Positions 10,082 to 19,421 of a stretch of DNA of 64,000 nucleotides are shown piece by piece; within the stretch, counting starts at the first letter, position 1; every line of letters starts with the position of its first letter. Where the stretch lies: positions 1,024,001 through 1,088,000 of the forward strand of contig OZ242260.1 in the NCBI GenBank assembly GCA_965207065.1. Reading direction: 5' to 3'. Below the pieces are notes generated by a model. The model had not been told where the DNA came from and searched no databases. It saw only the letters and a program-made list of their open reading frames with translations. A program made the position numbers and the translations under genes. Origin of the DNA: a bacterium. Lineage in GTDB: Bacteria > UBA8248.

Positions 10082-11299
10082 TCATCCGCCTGCAATCGGC
10101 GGCGCGCCAGGGGCCCATTTCCCGTTAATCATCGCGGCGGTCAGCTCCAGGGAATCGGGATCGAGAATACAAAAATTCGCGGACAATCCCGGGGCTAGAC
10201 GGCCCAAAGCAGACTCCAGGCCAAGGACACGAGCGGGGTTTCGCGTGGCCGTCGCCAGAGCGGATGCGGTATCGAGCCCGCTCCACTTTCGAAGCCTGGG
10301 GAGCATCCCCGAGAGCGCGAGGCGGCTGCCGCTCAGCACGCCCTCGCTATAAACCGCGTCACCGGGTGTATCGTTGCTCGTTTCATCACCGCCGGCCCCG
10401 GTCCTTAACCCCGCGTCGGCCACCAGGTCCGATGTAAGCACCGTCCGCTCCCAGCCCCTGGCGCTTACGAACGACCCGAGCGGACGCGGGGCGACATGCG
10501 CGCCGTCCGCTATCAGACCGGCGGAGAGCCTCGCGTCGTTTTGGACGAAATCCATGGGCGAGGCGCCCCTGTGCGCGGGCGTTTCCGGATGCCCGTATCG
10601 ATTGAACGCATGAACCGCGAACGCGCCGCCCGCCTCCAAAAACGCCTCCACACAATCGGCCTTGCCTTGAGTGTGCCCCATGGAGGGGACGACGCCGTTC
10701 TCCGACAGCCAGCGGGCGAAGTCCGCTGCGCCGGGCACCCCCGGCGAAAAGGTGATCATGGCCAGTCCCGGCGCGCCGCCCACGCCCAAGCCTCCCGCAG
10801 CCTGCGCGATCGCCTCGACCTCTTCTTTCGAGGGCGCGCGGATATGTTCTTGCGGATGCGCCCCCCTCATGGGCGGCTCCAGGTAAGGTCCCTCCAGGTG
10901 AACGCCCAGGATGCGCGCTTCGGCGCCGCCTTCTTCTTTTTGAAGCGCCCACGCTTCGCTCACCGCATGGGCGGCGCGAATCAAATCATCCCGAGAAGCC
11001 GTGGTGAGGGTGGGCAAAAAAGCCGTGGTTCCGCGTCTCGCCAACTCCCGGGCGATTCGCCGTACGCCGACGTCGTCGGCCGTCAAGAGCGCATCCGCGC
11101 CCAGGCCGTTCACCTGAAGATCCACGAAGCCGGGACACGCCAGCGCGCCGCCCAGGTCGAGGGCGCGCGCACCGGGGGGCAAAGGATGCGCGCCGCGCGG
11201 CCCCACATACGAAAAAACGCCCTCCTCGATGACGAGGAGGGCGTCGGCTATCCTTTCGAGCGGCGTATACGCCGTCACACCCGCGAGGCGCAGGGCCAT
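10082..11299 (-). CDS. nagA: N-acetylglucosamine-6-phosphate deacetylase
   Basis: PGFVDLQVNG, GTTAFLPT, GVHLEGPY, MGHT, HAFN, IADGAHV, NPARVLG. Confidence 0.85.
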   Translation of the reverse strand: MALRLAGVTAYTPLERIADALLVIEEGVFSYVGPRGAHPLPPGARALDLGGALACPGFVDLQVNGLGADALLTADDVGVRRIARELARRGTTAFLPTLTTASRDDLIRAAHAVSEAWALQKEEGGAEARILGVHLEGPYLEPPMRGAHPQEHIRAPSKEEVEAIAQAAGGLGVGGAPGLAMITFSPGVPGAADFARWLSENGVVPSMGHTQGKADCVEAFLEAGGAFAVHAFNRYGHPETPAHRGASPMDFVQNDARLSAGLIADGAHVAPRPLGSFVSARGWERTVLTSDLVADAGLRTGAGGDETSNDTPGDAVYSEGVLSGSRLALSGMLPRLRKWSGLDTASALATATRNPARVLGLESALGRLAPGLSANFCILDPDSLELTAAMINGKWAPGAPPIAGG

Positions 11300-11308
11300 G
11301 ACGCGGGC

Positions 11309-11914
11309 CTACTTCTTCTTTGCGCTTTTTTTCAGTTCCGCGCGTACTTTCGCGTTCGCGTCGATGAGCGACTCAATATTGTCTTTCGCCACCTCATACA
11401 GAGAGGATTGCACCCGCTCGAGAATCAGGCGGCCCGCCAGGGTGGTGACACCCGGTATCTTGGGCGGCGCTTCCTTGCCGCTAGAACCATTCGCGATCGC
11501 CTCGATGTCCTTGAGGACATCCTTGTCGTCGTAGAGTTCATTCTCCACGTACTGATATGTGAGCTTCACGTAATCTCTTTCTTTTCTCTCCTGGTCGCGC
11601 GTCTCGCGGACGATATTTTCCATGTCGGCGGAAACGGGTTTTTTCGACGAGGTGTTGCGCTTCTCGATCTGTTTGAAGTACTTGGCGTGATCGTAGGACT
11701 CGGGGAGTTCCTCGCCGGGTATCTTCGAGCTGATCTCGAAACGAATCGCCCTGTCGGCATCCACGAATTTCGGCGGGCCTATCTCGTAGGTGATGCCCTC
11801 GACGTTGAACCGGTCTCCCTTCTTGGGCTCGAATTGTTTCTGTAAGTCTTTCGTCAAGAGGTTCAGCGTGACGGAAGCGGTTTCCACGAAAAGCTGCGCT
11901 TGAAGTGAAGACAT
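11309..11914 (-). CDS. Hypothetical protein (201 aa)
   Basis: Protein-like composition, GAGGAG RBS, heads the nagA/D-aminoacylase run; no family recognised. Confidence 0.8.
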   Translation of the reverse strand: MSSLQAQLFVETASVTLNLLTKDLQKQFEPKKGDRFNVEGITYEIGPPKFVDADRAIRFEISSKIPGEELPESYDHAKYFKQIEKRNTSSKKPVSADMENIVRETRDQERKERDYVKLTYQYVENELYDDKDVLKDIEAIANGSSGKEAPPKIPGVTTLAGRLILERVQSSLYEVAKDNIESLIDANAKVRAELKKSAKKK

Positions 11915-12126
11915 TTTTTTCTATCTCCTCGGCTTCGAAGGACAAATCAGAGGATGGAAGATGCCCCAGCACGGCGAATGCGTCAAGACCCAGGGTAGTG
12001 TCTCGAGGACTTGTATGACAATACTGAAAGCACCCGTATTCCATTCAGCGAATGAGGATATATGTGATATGGTCGCGCTTTTCAAGTGCGCTTTATCCCT
12101 CAATCATCGAAAAGGAGCGATTTCAA

Positions 12127-13053
12127 ATGGCCTTGCCTGTCCACATCCGCATCGGAGGCTATTCCCCGCCCGATACCTCCCACAGCCGCGCGATGGTTCT
12201 CTTCAAAGAGAAGATGGGCCAGCGCCTGGGTGATGACGTCAGGATAGACATCTTCTGGAACGTGATGGATTTCGGCTACGGCGCGCCCGACCTGCTCGCC
12301 ATGGTGGAATGCGGAATGCTCGGCATTTGCTATTTCTCGACGAGCTATCTCGCCGACAGGGTGCCGGAACTAGAAATCGTCGACCTGCCCTTCACCTTCG
12401 AGGATTCCGCCCACGCCTACGGGGCGCTCGACGGCGCACTCGGCGCGCACTTGAGCGAGCGAATCGAGGCGCAGACAGGCTACAAGAGCCTGGGCTTCTG
12501 GGACAACGGCTTCCGCCACCTCTCGAACAGCCTCCGCGACGTGAGAACGCCCGATGACTGCCGTGGTCTGCGTGTGCGCCTGCAACCCAACGAGACGCAC
12601 GTCAAGACCTTCGAACTCCTGGGCGCCGAAGCCGTGCCGGTGGAGCTCAAGGAGGGGATCGCCATGATCGAATCAGGCCAAGTGAACGCGCAGGAAAACC
12701 CGCTCTCCAACACCGTCACCTACGGCGTCACGAACCACCAAAGGCGCATCACGATGAGCGGGCACTTCTACGGCGCGCGCGCCCTGCTCGCCCACCGGGA
12801 GGGCTTCGACGCCTGGCCTGCGGAGGTTCGAGATGCGGCGCTCGCCTGCATCCGAGAGGCCATTGATTACCAACGAGAGGCCGCACAGGCCGGAGAAATT
12901 GCGATTCGCCGGAGCCTCGAAGAAGAAGGCGTCTCATTCGTGGACCTGAGCGACGCCGAGCGCACGGCGTTCGGGGAGGCTACGGAACCCATCCGCGCCG
13001 AAGCGAGGGAGAGGCTCGGGAGCGCGCTGTTCGAACTGGCCGAGAGAAGATAA
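12127..13053 (+). CDS. TRAP transporter substrate-binding protein (DctP family), no evident signal peptide
   Basis: DLPFTF, FWDNGFRHLSN, TPDDCRGLRVR, AQENP; start 12127 after AAGGAG. Confidence 0.85.
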   Translation: MALPVHIRIGGYSPPDTSHSRAMVLFKEKMGQRLGDDVRIDIFWNVMDFGYGAPDLLAMVECGMLGICYFSTSYLADRVPELEIVDLPFTFEDSAHAYGALDGALGAHLSERIEAQTGYKSLGFWDNGFRHLSNSLRDVRTPDDCRGLRVRLQPNETHVKTFELLGAEAVPVELKEGIAMIESGQVNAQENPLSNTVTYGVTNHQRRITMSGHFYGARALLAHREGFDAWPAEVRDAALACIREAIDYQREAAQAGEIAIRRSLEEEGVSFVDLSDAERTAFGEATEPIRAEARERLGSALFELAERR

Positions 13054-13176
13054 GCGGAAACCATTTCGGCGGAATCTCACCCGGCTCTTCTCGTCACAGC
13101 GCACCTAATCCGGTTAAAATCCATGACCGAACAGGTTGAAACGAGAACGGATTATTCATAGAAGGCGCGGAAAACC

Positions 13177-14166
13177 TTGCGTATAGGCTACATCGCCGCA
13201 TGTCTGGTCGGCGTTATCATGCTCGGCACGGCAGGCTATACCCTGCTGGAGGGATGGTCGCTCGTCGAGTCTTTCTATATGACGATGATCACCGTCACGA
13301 CCGTCGGCTTCAACGAGGTGCGTGAGATGAGCACGACGGGGCGCATGTTCACCGTGGCGCTCATGATCCTGGGCGTGGGAACCCTTTTCTACGGAATCGC
13401 GATCATCGCCGAGGTGAGGTTCGAAGAGCGGATACGTCAGATTTTCGGGAGGCGAAAACTGGTGAAAGAACTCGACAGACTCGAAAACCATCACATCATC
13501 TGCGGGTACGGGCGCATCGGCTCCACCGTCGCGGCGGAATACGCCAGAGAGTCGCTGCCCCACGTCATCATCGAGAGCGACGAGTCCATCATCTCGCACC
13601 TCGATCAGGAGGGGCAGCTCGTGATCCTCGGCGACGCCACGCTCGACGAGACACTCGCCGAGGCGCACGTGGAGAAGGCGAAGAGCCTCGTCTGCGCTCT
13701 CGCGACGGACGCGGAAAACGTGTTCGTCACCTTGACGGCGCGGGCGCTGAACCCGGACCTCTTCATCCTGAGCCGCGCTGCGCTCGAGAGTTCCATCGGC
13801 AAGATGGAGGCGGCGGGCGCGGACCACGTGGTCTCCCCATACATCATGGGCGGCATGCGCATGGCGCAGTCCGTTCTGAGACCCAAGCTCGCCAGTTTTC
13901 TCGACGAGGTGACCGGACACGCGACGACGGACCTGGACTTCGACGAGGTGACCGTGCCCGAGGTTTCGAACCTCGTCGGCATGGCGCTCCGGGAATCGAA
14001 GATCAGCCAGGAGACCGGCGTGTACCTGCTCTCCATCCGCCACAACAGCGGGGAGATGCGCTTCAACCCGGGGCCTGATTTCGAGATCCAGGCGGGAGAC
14101 CACCTCTACGCCCTGGGCACGCCCGAGGAGGTGGAATCCCTGCGCAAGCGCGTTCACGTGAAGTAG
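13177..14166 (+). CDS. Potassium channel protein with RCK (TrkA-N/TrkA-C) domains
   Basis: Two TM helices with filter TVTTVGF, ICGYGRIG Rossmann motif, C-terminal RCK-C; TTG start uncertain. Confidence 0.9.
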   Translation: MRIGYIAACLVGVIMLGTAGYTLLEGWSLVESFYMTMITVTTVGFNEVREMSTTGRMFTVALMILGVGTLFYGIAIIAEVRFEERIRQIFGRRKLVKELDRLENHHIICGYGRIGSTVAAEYARESLPHVIIESDESIISHLDQEGQLVILGDATLDETLAEAHVEKAKSLVCALATDAENVFVTLTARALNPDLFILSRAALESSIGKMEAAGADHVVSPYIMGGMRMAQSVLRPKLASFLDEVTGHATTDLDFDEVTVPEVSNLVGMALRESKISQETGVYLLSIRHNSGEMRFNPGPDFEIQAGDHLYALGTPEEVESLRKRVHVK

Positions 14167-14178
14167 CGATTCACCCCG

Positions 14179-14913
14179 TTATCCGAGCGCGTCCAGCTTC
14201 AAGCCCTCCGCCAGGCGCAGGAGTTCTCCCGCAGCCCCGGAACCGGGAGCCGCGCGCACCATAATCTCATCCACCCCCGCCAGGTAGGGAATCACGCCCA
14301 GAAGAGGAGCATCCGCTCCGCAAAGCTCGGCGACCGCCGCCGGGTTGCGCTCCGCCGCAGGCGTGGCCTCCCCCGTCGTGTCGGAGAGGATGACGCCCAG
14401 AACCCGGAGACCCTGCCTCCTCGCCTCCCGCACGCTCAAGAGCGTGTGATTGATGGTCCCGAGTCCCAGCGGGGCGACGAGCACGAGGGGCAGACTAGCG
14501 GCCAGGGCCAGATCGCTCATCAAGACGCCATCAGTCAAAGGGGCGAGGAGGCCGCCCGCGCCCTCCACGAGCAGGGGGTTTCCTTCTTCTTTGAGCGCTT
14601 CCACCTGCGCGACGATGCGCTCCAAATCCGGCGCCGCGCCTTCGCGCTCGGCCGCGTGAGCGGGAGTCAGGGGAACTTCGTATCTGTAGGGGCAAATCTC
14701 ATCCAGGGGCCTCGGGTCGCCCGCCGCCGTCTTGAGAGCGAGAGCATCCCGGGGAACGAGGCGGCCATCAACAAGAGCGCAGGCCGATTCGGCGGGTTTC
14801 ATCACCCGGGGGCTATTACCCTCAGCCGCCCAGCGGGCCGCGACCACGCAGCCCGCCACCGTCTTTCCCACGCCGGTTCCCGTTCCGGTCAAAAAAATGG
14901 CAATATCGGACAT
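14179..14913 (-). CDS. bioD: Dethiobiotin synthetase
   Basis: LTGTGTGVGKT, MKPAES, VEGAGGLLAP, LGTINHTLL; start re-set to ATG 14913. Confidence 0.92.
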   Translation of the reverse strand: MSDIAIFLTGTGTGVGKTVAGCVVAARWAAEGNSPRVMKPAESACALVDGRLVPRDALALKTAAGDPRPLDEICPYRYEVPLTPAHAAEREGAAPDLERIVAQVEALKEEGNPLLVEGAGGLLAPLTDGVLMSDLALAASLPLVLVAPLGLGTINHTLLSVREARRQGLRVLGVILSDTTGEATPAAERNPAAVAELCGADAPLLGVIPYLAGVDEIMVRAAPGSGAAGELLRLAEGLKLDALG

Positions 14914-14940
14914 CGGACGAACCTCAAGAGGAACCTGTAA

Positions 14941-15189
14941 ATGACGCACGTCAAGACCATCGACCTCACGGGCGAACTCTGCCCCATGAACTGGGTGCGG
15001 ACCAAGCTCGCGCTCGAGGCGATAGCGCCGGGCGATACGCTCGAAGTATGGCTCGACGCGGACGAGGCCGCCACCAGCGTCCCCAATAGCGCCGCCGCCG
15101 AAGGCCACGTCATCGAGAGCGCGACGCCGGATGAAGAGGGCCGCGTGCGCGTTGTTATCAGGAAGGCTTCGGTTCAGCATCCCGAATAA
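14941..15189 (+). CDS. TusA/SirA-family sulfur carrier protein
   Basis: IDLTGELCPMNWVRTKLALE...GDTLEVWLD; 82 aa. Confidence 0.88.
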   Translation: MTHVKTIDLTGELCPMNWVRTKLALEAIAPGDTLEVWLDADEAATSVPNSAAAEGHVIESATPDEEGRVRVVIRKASVQHPE

Positions 15190-15295
15190 TCGGTTTTATC
15201 ATGCCGCTTGAATCTTCGCCGCCAAGGAAAAGATTCGCCAGATTGTTGACTTAAAGACAACAATAGATGATATTCTACAATAAGGAGACTGTTGC

Positions 15296-15604
15296 TTGGC
15301 TCGGGACAGGCTTTCTCCAAAGCAGGCAAAAGAAAAGGCTGCCCTATTCTGGTCGCGCGGTTGGGCAATCATCACGCCGCATTGTCAGCGGAGAATGAAT
15401 GAGCGGAACGTCTCTTTTACCGATATCACTTACTTGTTGAATTACGGCAAAATCGTTGACGGCAAAACGGAATATGACGCTGAGAATATGGCGTGGGAGT
15501 ATTTCATAATGGGCGCAGATACCGATGGCGTAGCGCTGGCGGCAATATTCTCTCTCGATCTGGAAGATGGCGAAATCATCCTGATCACGGTGCGAGACAT
15601 ATAA
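15296..15604 (+). CDS. DUF4258-like putative toxin
   Basis: TPHCQRRMNERNVS...IILITV; TTG start after AAGGAG; directly upstream of a Zn-ribbon/HTH gene. Confidence 0.7.
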   Translation: MARDRLSPKQAKEKAALFWSRGWAIITPHCQRRMNERNVSFTDITYLLNYGKIVDGKTEYDAENMAWEYFIMGADTDGVALAAIFSLDLEDGEIILITVRDI

Positions 15605-15624
15605 GCGCTGGAAGGAAGCGAATC

Positions 15625-16113
15625 ATGAAATGCCGGGAATGCGGGCAAGACTATGTGGAAACAACGGGAGACTACCACTTCAAGGCATCGGGGCTCGATA
15701 ACGCATACATCGAGAATGCGCATCTCATCAAATGCGGATGCGGCGTCGGGCTGAAAATCAAGGCTATGGGTTCCGTGCTGGATGAACTCGGCAACGCCGT
15801 GATCAACAAACCGGGTCCCTTGAACGGGCCGGAAATTCGTTACCTGAGAAAAAACTTATCCTTCAGCGCCCGGGAATTCGCCGGAATGCTGGAGGTAGAC
15901 CACACCACGCTCTCCAAATGGGAAAACGGAAGAGCGCCCGGGCGACCGAACGATCTGTTGATCCGCCTCGTCTACGCGGCATGGAAAGGGTACGAACACC
16001 CGAAACGGATATTCGATATTTTCGAAAAGGTGCGCAAGCAGAGAAAGCGGAATATCGGCATCAAACTCATTCCCGCCGCCAGGGAGGGTTTCGTGGTCGA
16101 ATACGCCGTGTAG
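15625..16113 (+). CDS. MqsA-like antitoxin (Zn ribbon + XRE HTH)
   Basis: MKCRECG...KCGCG and EIRYLRKNLSFSAREFAGMLEVDHTTLSKWENG. Confidence 0.82.
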   Translation: MKCRECGQDYVETTGDYHFKASGLDNAYIENAHLIKCGCGVGLKIKAMGSVLDELGNAVINKPGPLNGPEIRYLRKNLSFSAREFAGMLEVDHTTLSKWENGRAPGRPNDLLIRLVYAAWKGYEHPKRIFDIFEKVRKQRKRNIGIKLIPAAREGFVVEYAV

Positions 16114-16273
16114 GCCATCGCGCCGATCGCGCAAAATCACTCACCGAAAAATCAAGCCGCTTCATCCTACACACTAACGCCAAATAGCGTGTCAAATAAC
16201 GCGCCAGATAACATGAGAACCCGACCGGAAATTCATGCGTTGCATGTTTATTTCGATTCGGGTAGCGCCCCCA

Positions 16274-16753
16274 TCAAGGCAGGGGCTCGTCGTTGAGCCA
16301 GCGGGCGAGGGCTTTTTGGGGGTCTGCGATCTCATCGAGGGAGGTGTAGAAGTAGGCCTCCCAGCCGACCTCGGGCAGGCCGGTGAAGATCATGAGGTTC
16401 AGCGGATAGGCTTCGCAATCCGTCGAGCGCCTGAAGTCGTCGCGGAACAAGAAGACGGGCTTTCCCCAGGCGACCGCCATGCCGAGTTCCACCATCACGC
16501 CCTCATCGGGCGGACAGCCGTTGACCACGCCGAAAAAGCCCGCCGCATCGCGCACGTCGCGCATGTCGTTCTGACCGACGCGGTACGCCCAGCCGGGTTG
16601 CGCAAGCATCTCGGGCTGGTTGTTCCGCGTGAACGGCTCCCACACTTCGGCGCCCAGCGCCTCTAACGCCGCCACGAGTTCCTTCAAGGGCCCCTCACGC
16701 TGCTGCAGGGAAAAACCGTAAGGGCTTGCCAGATACAGGGTCTTTTCGGTCAT
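16274..16753 (-). CDS. Nucleoside 2-deoxyribosyltransferase family protein
   Basis: LYLASPYGFS, DEGVMVELGMAVAWGKPV, LNLM. Confidence 0.88.
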   Translation of the reverse strand: MTEKTLYLASPYGFSLQQREGPLKELVAALEALGAEVWEPFTRNNQPEMLAQPGWAYRVGQNDMRDVRDAAGFFGVVNGCPPDEGVMVELGMAVAWGKPVFLFRDDFRRSTDCEAYPLNLMIFTGLPEVGWEAYFYTSLDEIADPQKALARWLNDEPLP

Positions 16754-16899
16754 TTTTACTCCCTCGCCTCCCTCGTTTCACCTCGCGCCGTCGATAAGGG
16801 AGCGCGCGGCATAGTCCCACACGATGAGAAGAGTCGTCCAGCGCAAGCCCGGCTTCACACGAACAGCCGAAACCGCCCTTATCAGCCTCCCGCGCGGCT

Positions 16900-18054
16900 T
16901 TACTTCACGTTCTCGCCGAAGACGGCGAAGGCCAGCCCCGCGCACAGGGCCAGGCCTGCACCGACGTGGAGCAGCGTCACGAACCCCCAGATCGGAAGCA
17001 GCCAGCCCGCCAGCAGCGCGCCGAGCGTGGAGCCGACCCCCCAGGTGGCGGCGCTGTAGAGGGATTGGGCGGTGTTCTTGGTCGCAGCGCTGCTCAGGCG
17101 GTCGACGTACTGAATCGCGCCTGCGTGAAAGACGCCGAAAGCGACGCCGTGCAAGAGCTGGATGAGGATGAGCAAAACCGCATCCGTCGTGAGGGCGACG
17201 AACTCCCACCTCAGACCTGCGGCCATCATGCCGGCGACTATCATCCACTTGAGGCCGAACCTCGTCTGTATGGCCTGCGCGTAGATGAGAAAAACTATCT
17301 CGCTCACCACGCCCACCGTCCACGCCAGGGCGATCAGGTCCGCCGACATACCCAACTCTTTCAGCCTGATGCTGAAGTAAATCCCGAAAGGCCCTGCGGA
17401 TATCGAGGCGAACATCGTCGTGAACAGGAAGACGGCGAGCGGGCGGCTGCGGAGCAACAGGCTCAGGTCGGCCCGGAAGCGCGGGCGGGCGCGGCCCGTC
17501 TCTCTCGGCAGAAAAAAAATCACGAAAACAAGCAGGGCGCCCACGCACGCCACGAACGGAAAGATGGAGGCGACCCCGGTGGTCTCGACCAGACGGCCCG
17601 CGCCCATCGCCGCGACGATGAAGCCCAGCGACCCCCACAGGCGCACACGGCCGTATTGCGCGCCCGTGGCTTCTATCTCGCGCAGGCAGAGATTCTCGGC
17701 TATCGGCACGAGGGGCGCTCTCAAGGCGGAGAAGAGCGCGATCAATATGAGCAGGGCGAGAAATCCACTCGCCCCCCACAAGAGGAGCGCCAAGCAAGAA
17801 CTCGCAACAGCGCACGTGAAGGCCACGCTGCGCCCCAGGCGGAATTTATCGGCAAGCGCTCCGAACAGAGGGGGCGCCAGCGCGCTCGAGAGGCGCGGCG
17901 CCGCGTTCAGCAGGCCGAGCTGGAACCCGCTCACGCCCACGGAGTGATAAAAGATGTTCAGGAACGGGAGCATGGCACCCACGGCGAAGAAATGCAGGAA
18001 ATAGAACGCGGGCATCCGCCAGAAAGGGATTGCGCCTGTGGTTTGCGCGCTCAT
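16900..18054 (-). CDS. MFS transporter
   Basis: About 12 hydrophobic segments, YGRVRLWGSLGF, LLHGVAFG; start re-set to 18054. Confidence 0.88.
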   Translation of the reverse strand: MSAQTTGAIPFWRMPAFYFLHFFAVGAMLPFLNIFYHSVGVSGFQLGLLNAAPRLSSALAPPLFGALADKFRLGRSVAFTCAVASSCLALLLWGASGFLALLILIALFSALRAPLVPIAENLCLREIEATGAQYGRVRLWGSLGFIVAAMGAGRLVETTGVASIFPFVACVGALLVFVIFFLPRETGRARPRFRADLSLLLRSRPLAVFLFTTMFASISAGPFGIYFSIRLKELGMSADLIALAWTVGVVSEIVFLIYAQAIQTRFGLKWMIVAGMMAAGLRWEFVALTTDAVLLILIQLLHGVAFGVFHAGAIQYVDRLSSAATKNTAQSLYSAATWGVGSTLGALLAGWLLPIWGFVTLLHVGAGLALCAGLAFAVFGENVK

Positions 18055-18357
18055 GGACAAGCACGCGGGAAACGGAGCATCCGGGACCTCTTCACCCGGG
18101 CGGGGAGGCACCATTCGACCACGATGTGGAAATGATTGCCACCCGAGCGGCGGTTTCTTCTTCAGCATGGTTTTGTTATTCTCCACGCGCGATGGGTTGA
18201 CTTGTTTCAAATCAGACGATCGAACGGCGGGCGGTCCGGAAACTGGCGTCCGCGCCGGCGAATCCAGCAGAGACGAAAAGCGGGAAACCCCTATCTAGAG
18301 GGGGGAATTTCCTTTGAACTTTTTTACCTCATCGGCAATTCTTGCAGGAGCGAAATC

Positions 18358-19383
18358 ATGAGCACGAACAACCTGGCGAAAATCGCCAATCAGATGGTGG
18401 CGCCTGGCAAAGGCATCCTCGCGGCGGACGAGAGCACGGGCACGATTCAAAAGCGCCTCGACAGCATCGGCGTCGAATCCACCGAGGAGAACCGGCGCGC
18501 CTATCGCGAGCTTCTATTCACGACGGAGGGAATCGAGGAATACGTCAGCGGCGTCATTCTCTTCGACGAGACGCTTCGCCAGAGCGCTGCGGACGGAACG
18601 AACTTCGGCGCGCTGCTGACATCGCGCGGCATCCTCCCCGGCATCAAGGTCGACAAGGGCGCGAAGGACCTGGCTTTCGCCCCGGACGAGAAGGTCACCG
18701 AAGGTCTTGACGGCCTGCGCGAGCGTCTGGCGGAATACGTCACACTCGGCGCCAAGTTCACCAAGTGGCGCGCGGTCATCACCATCGGCGAGGGAATCCC
18801 CTCGGCCTACTGCATCGACGCCAACGCGCACGGACTCGCGCGCTATGCGGCGCTCTCCCAGGAGGCGGGCCTCGTGCCCATCGTGGAGCCCGAGGTGCTC
18901 ATGGACGCGGACAACACCATCGAGGTCTGCGAGGAGGTGACGAACGAGGCGCTCGAGAGCGTCTTCCACGCCCTGCACTTACACCGCGTTTCGCTCGAGG
19001 GCATGATCCTGAAACCCAACATGGTGATATCGGGCAAGAAATGCCCGACCCAGGCGGGCGTGGGGGAAGTGGCCGAGGCCACGGTACGCTCCCTCACGAG
19101 AAACGTGCCCGCCGCCGTGCCCGGCATCTGCTTCCTCTCGGGCGGGCAGAGCGACGCAGTCGCCACCGCGCACCTGAACGCGATGAATGCGATGGGCCCC
19201 CACCCCTGGGAGCTCAGCTTCTCCTACGGCCGCGCGCTGCAGGCGCCGGCGCTCAAGGGCTGGGGCGGAGAAGCGGCGAACGTGCCCCTCGCCCAGAGAC
19301 TCTTCCTCCACCGCTGTAAGTGCAACGGCGCCGCGCGAACGGGAGCGTATGAGGACGCGATGGAACAGGAAGTCGCCGCGTAG
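18358..19383 (+). CDS. Class I fructose-bisphosphate aldolase (glycolytic family, eukaryote-like)
   Basis: [52 protein letters not shown]. Confidence 0.96.
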   Translation: MSTNNLAKIANQMVAPGKGILAADESTGTIQKRLDSIGVESTEENRRAYRELLFTTEGIEEYVSGVILFDETLRQSAADGTNFGALLTSRGILPGIKVDKGAKDLAFAPDEKVTEGLDGLRERLAEYVTLGAKFTKWRAVITIGEGIPSAYCIDANAHGLARYAALSQEAGLVPIVEPEVLMDADNTIEVCEEVTNEALESVFHALHLHRVSLEGMILKPNMVISGKKCPTQAGVGEVAEATVRSLTRNVPAAVPGICFLSGGQSDAVATAHLNAMNAMGPHPWELSFSYGRALQAPALKGWGGEAANVPLAQRLFLHRCKCNGAARTGAYEDAMEQEVAA

Positions 19384-19421
19384 CCGAACAAGCAACCGCC
19401 CACCAAGGAGCAAGAGAGAGG

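Noticed and set aside
7382-10198. 938-aa plus-strand ORF
   Set aside because: Antisense shadow of the TPR and D-aminoacylase genes; Ser/Arg-rich with no motifs, typical of high-GC DNA
14914-15180. N-terminal extension of BioD in the ORF track
   Set aside because: Overlaps the TusA-like gene on the other strand; BioD motifs start at 14913
18055-18357. Riboswitch upstream of the aldolase gene (also checked 49472-49687)
   Set aside because: GC-rich hairpins are possible, but I could not match any riboswitch consensus by eye; an Rfam/Infernal scan would be needed
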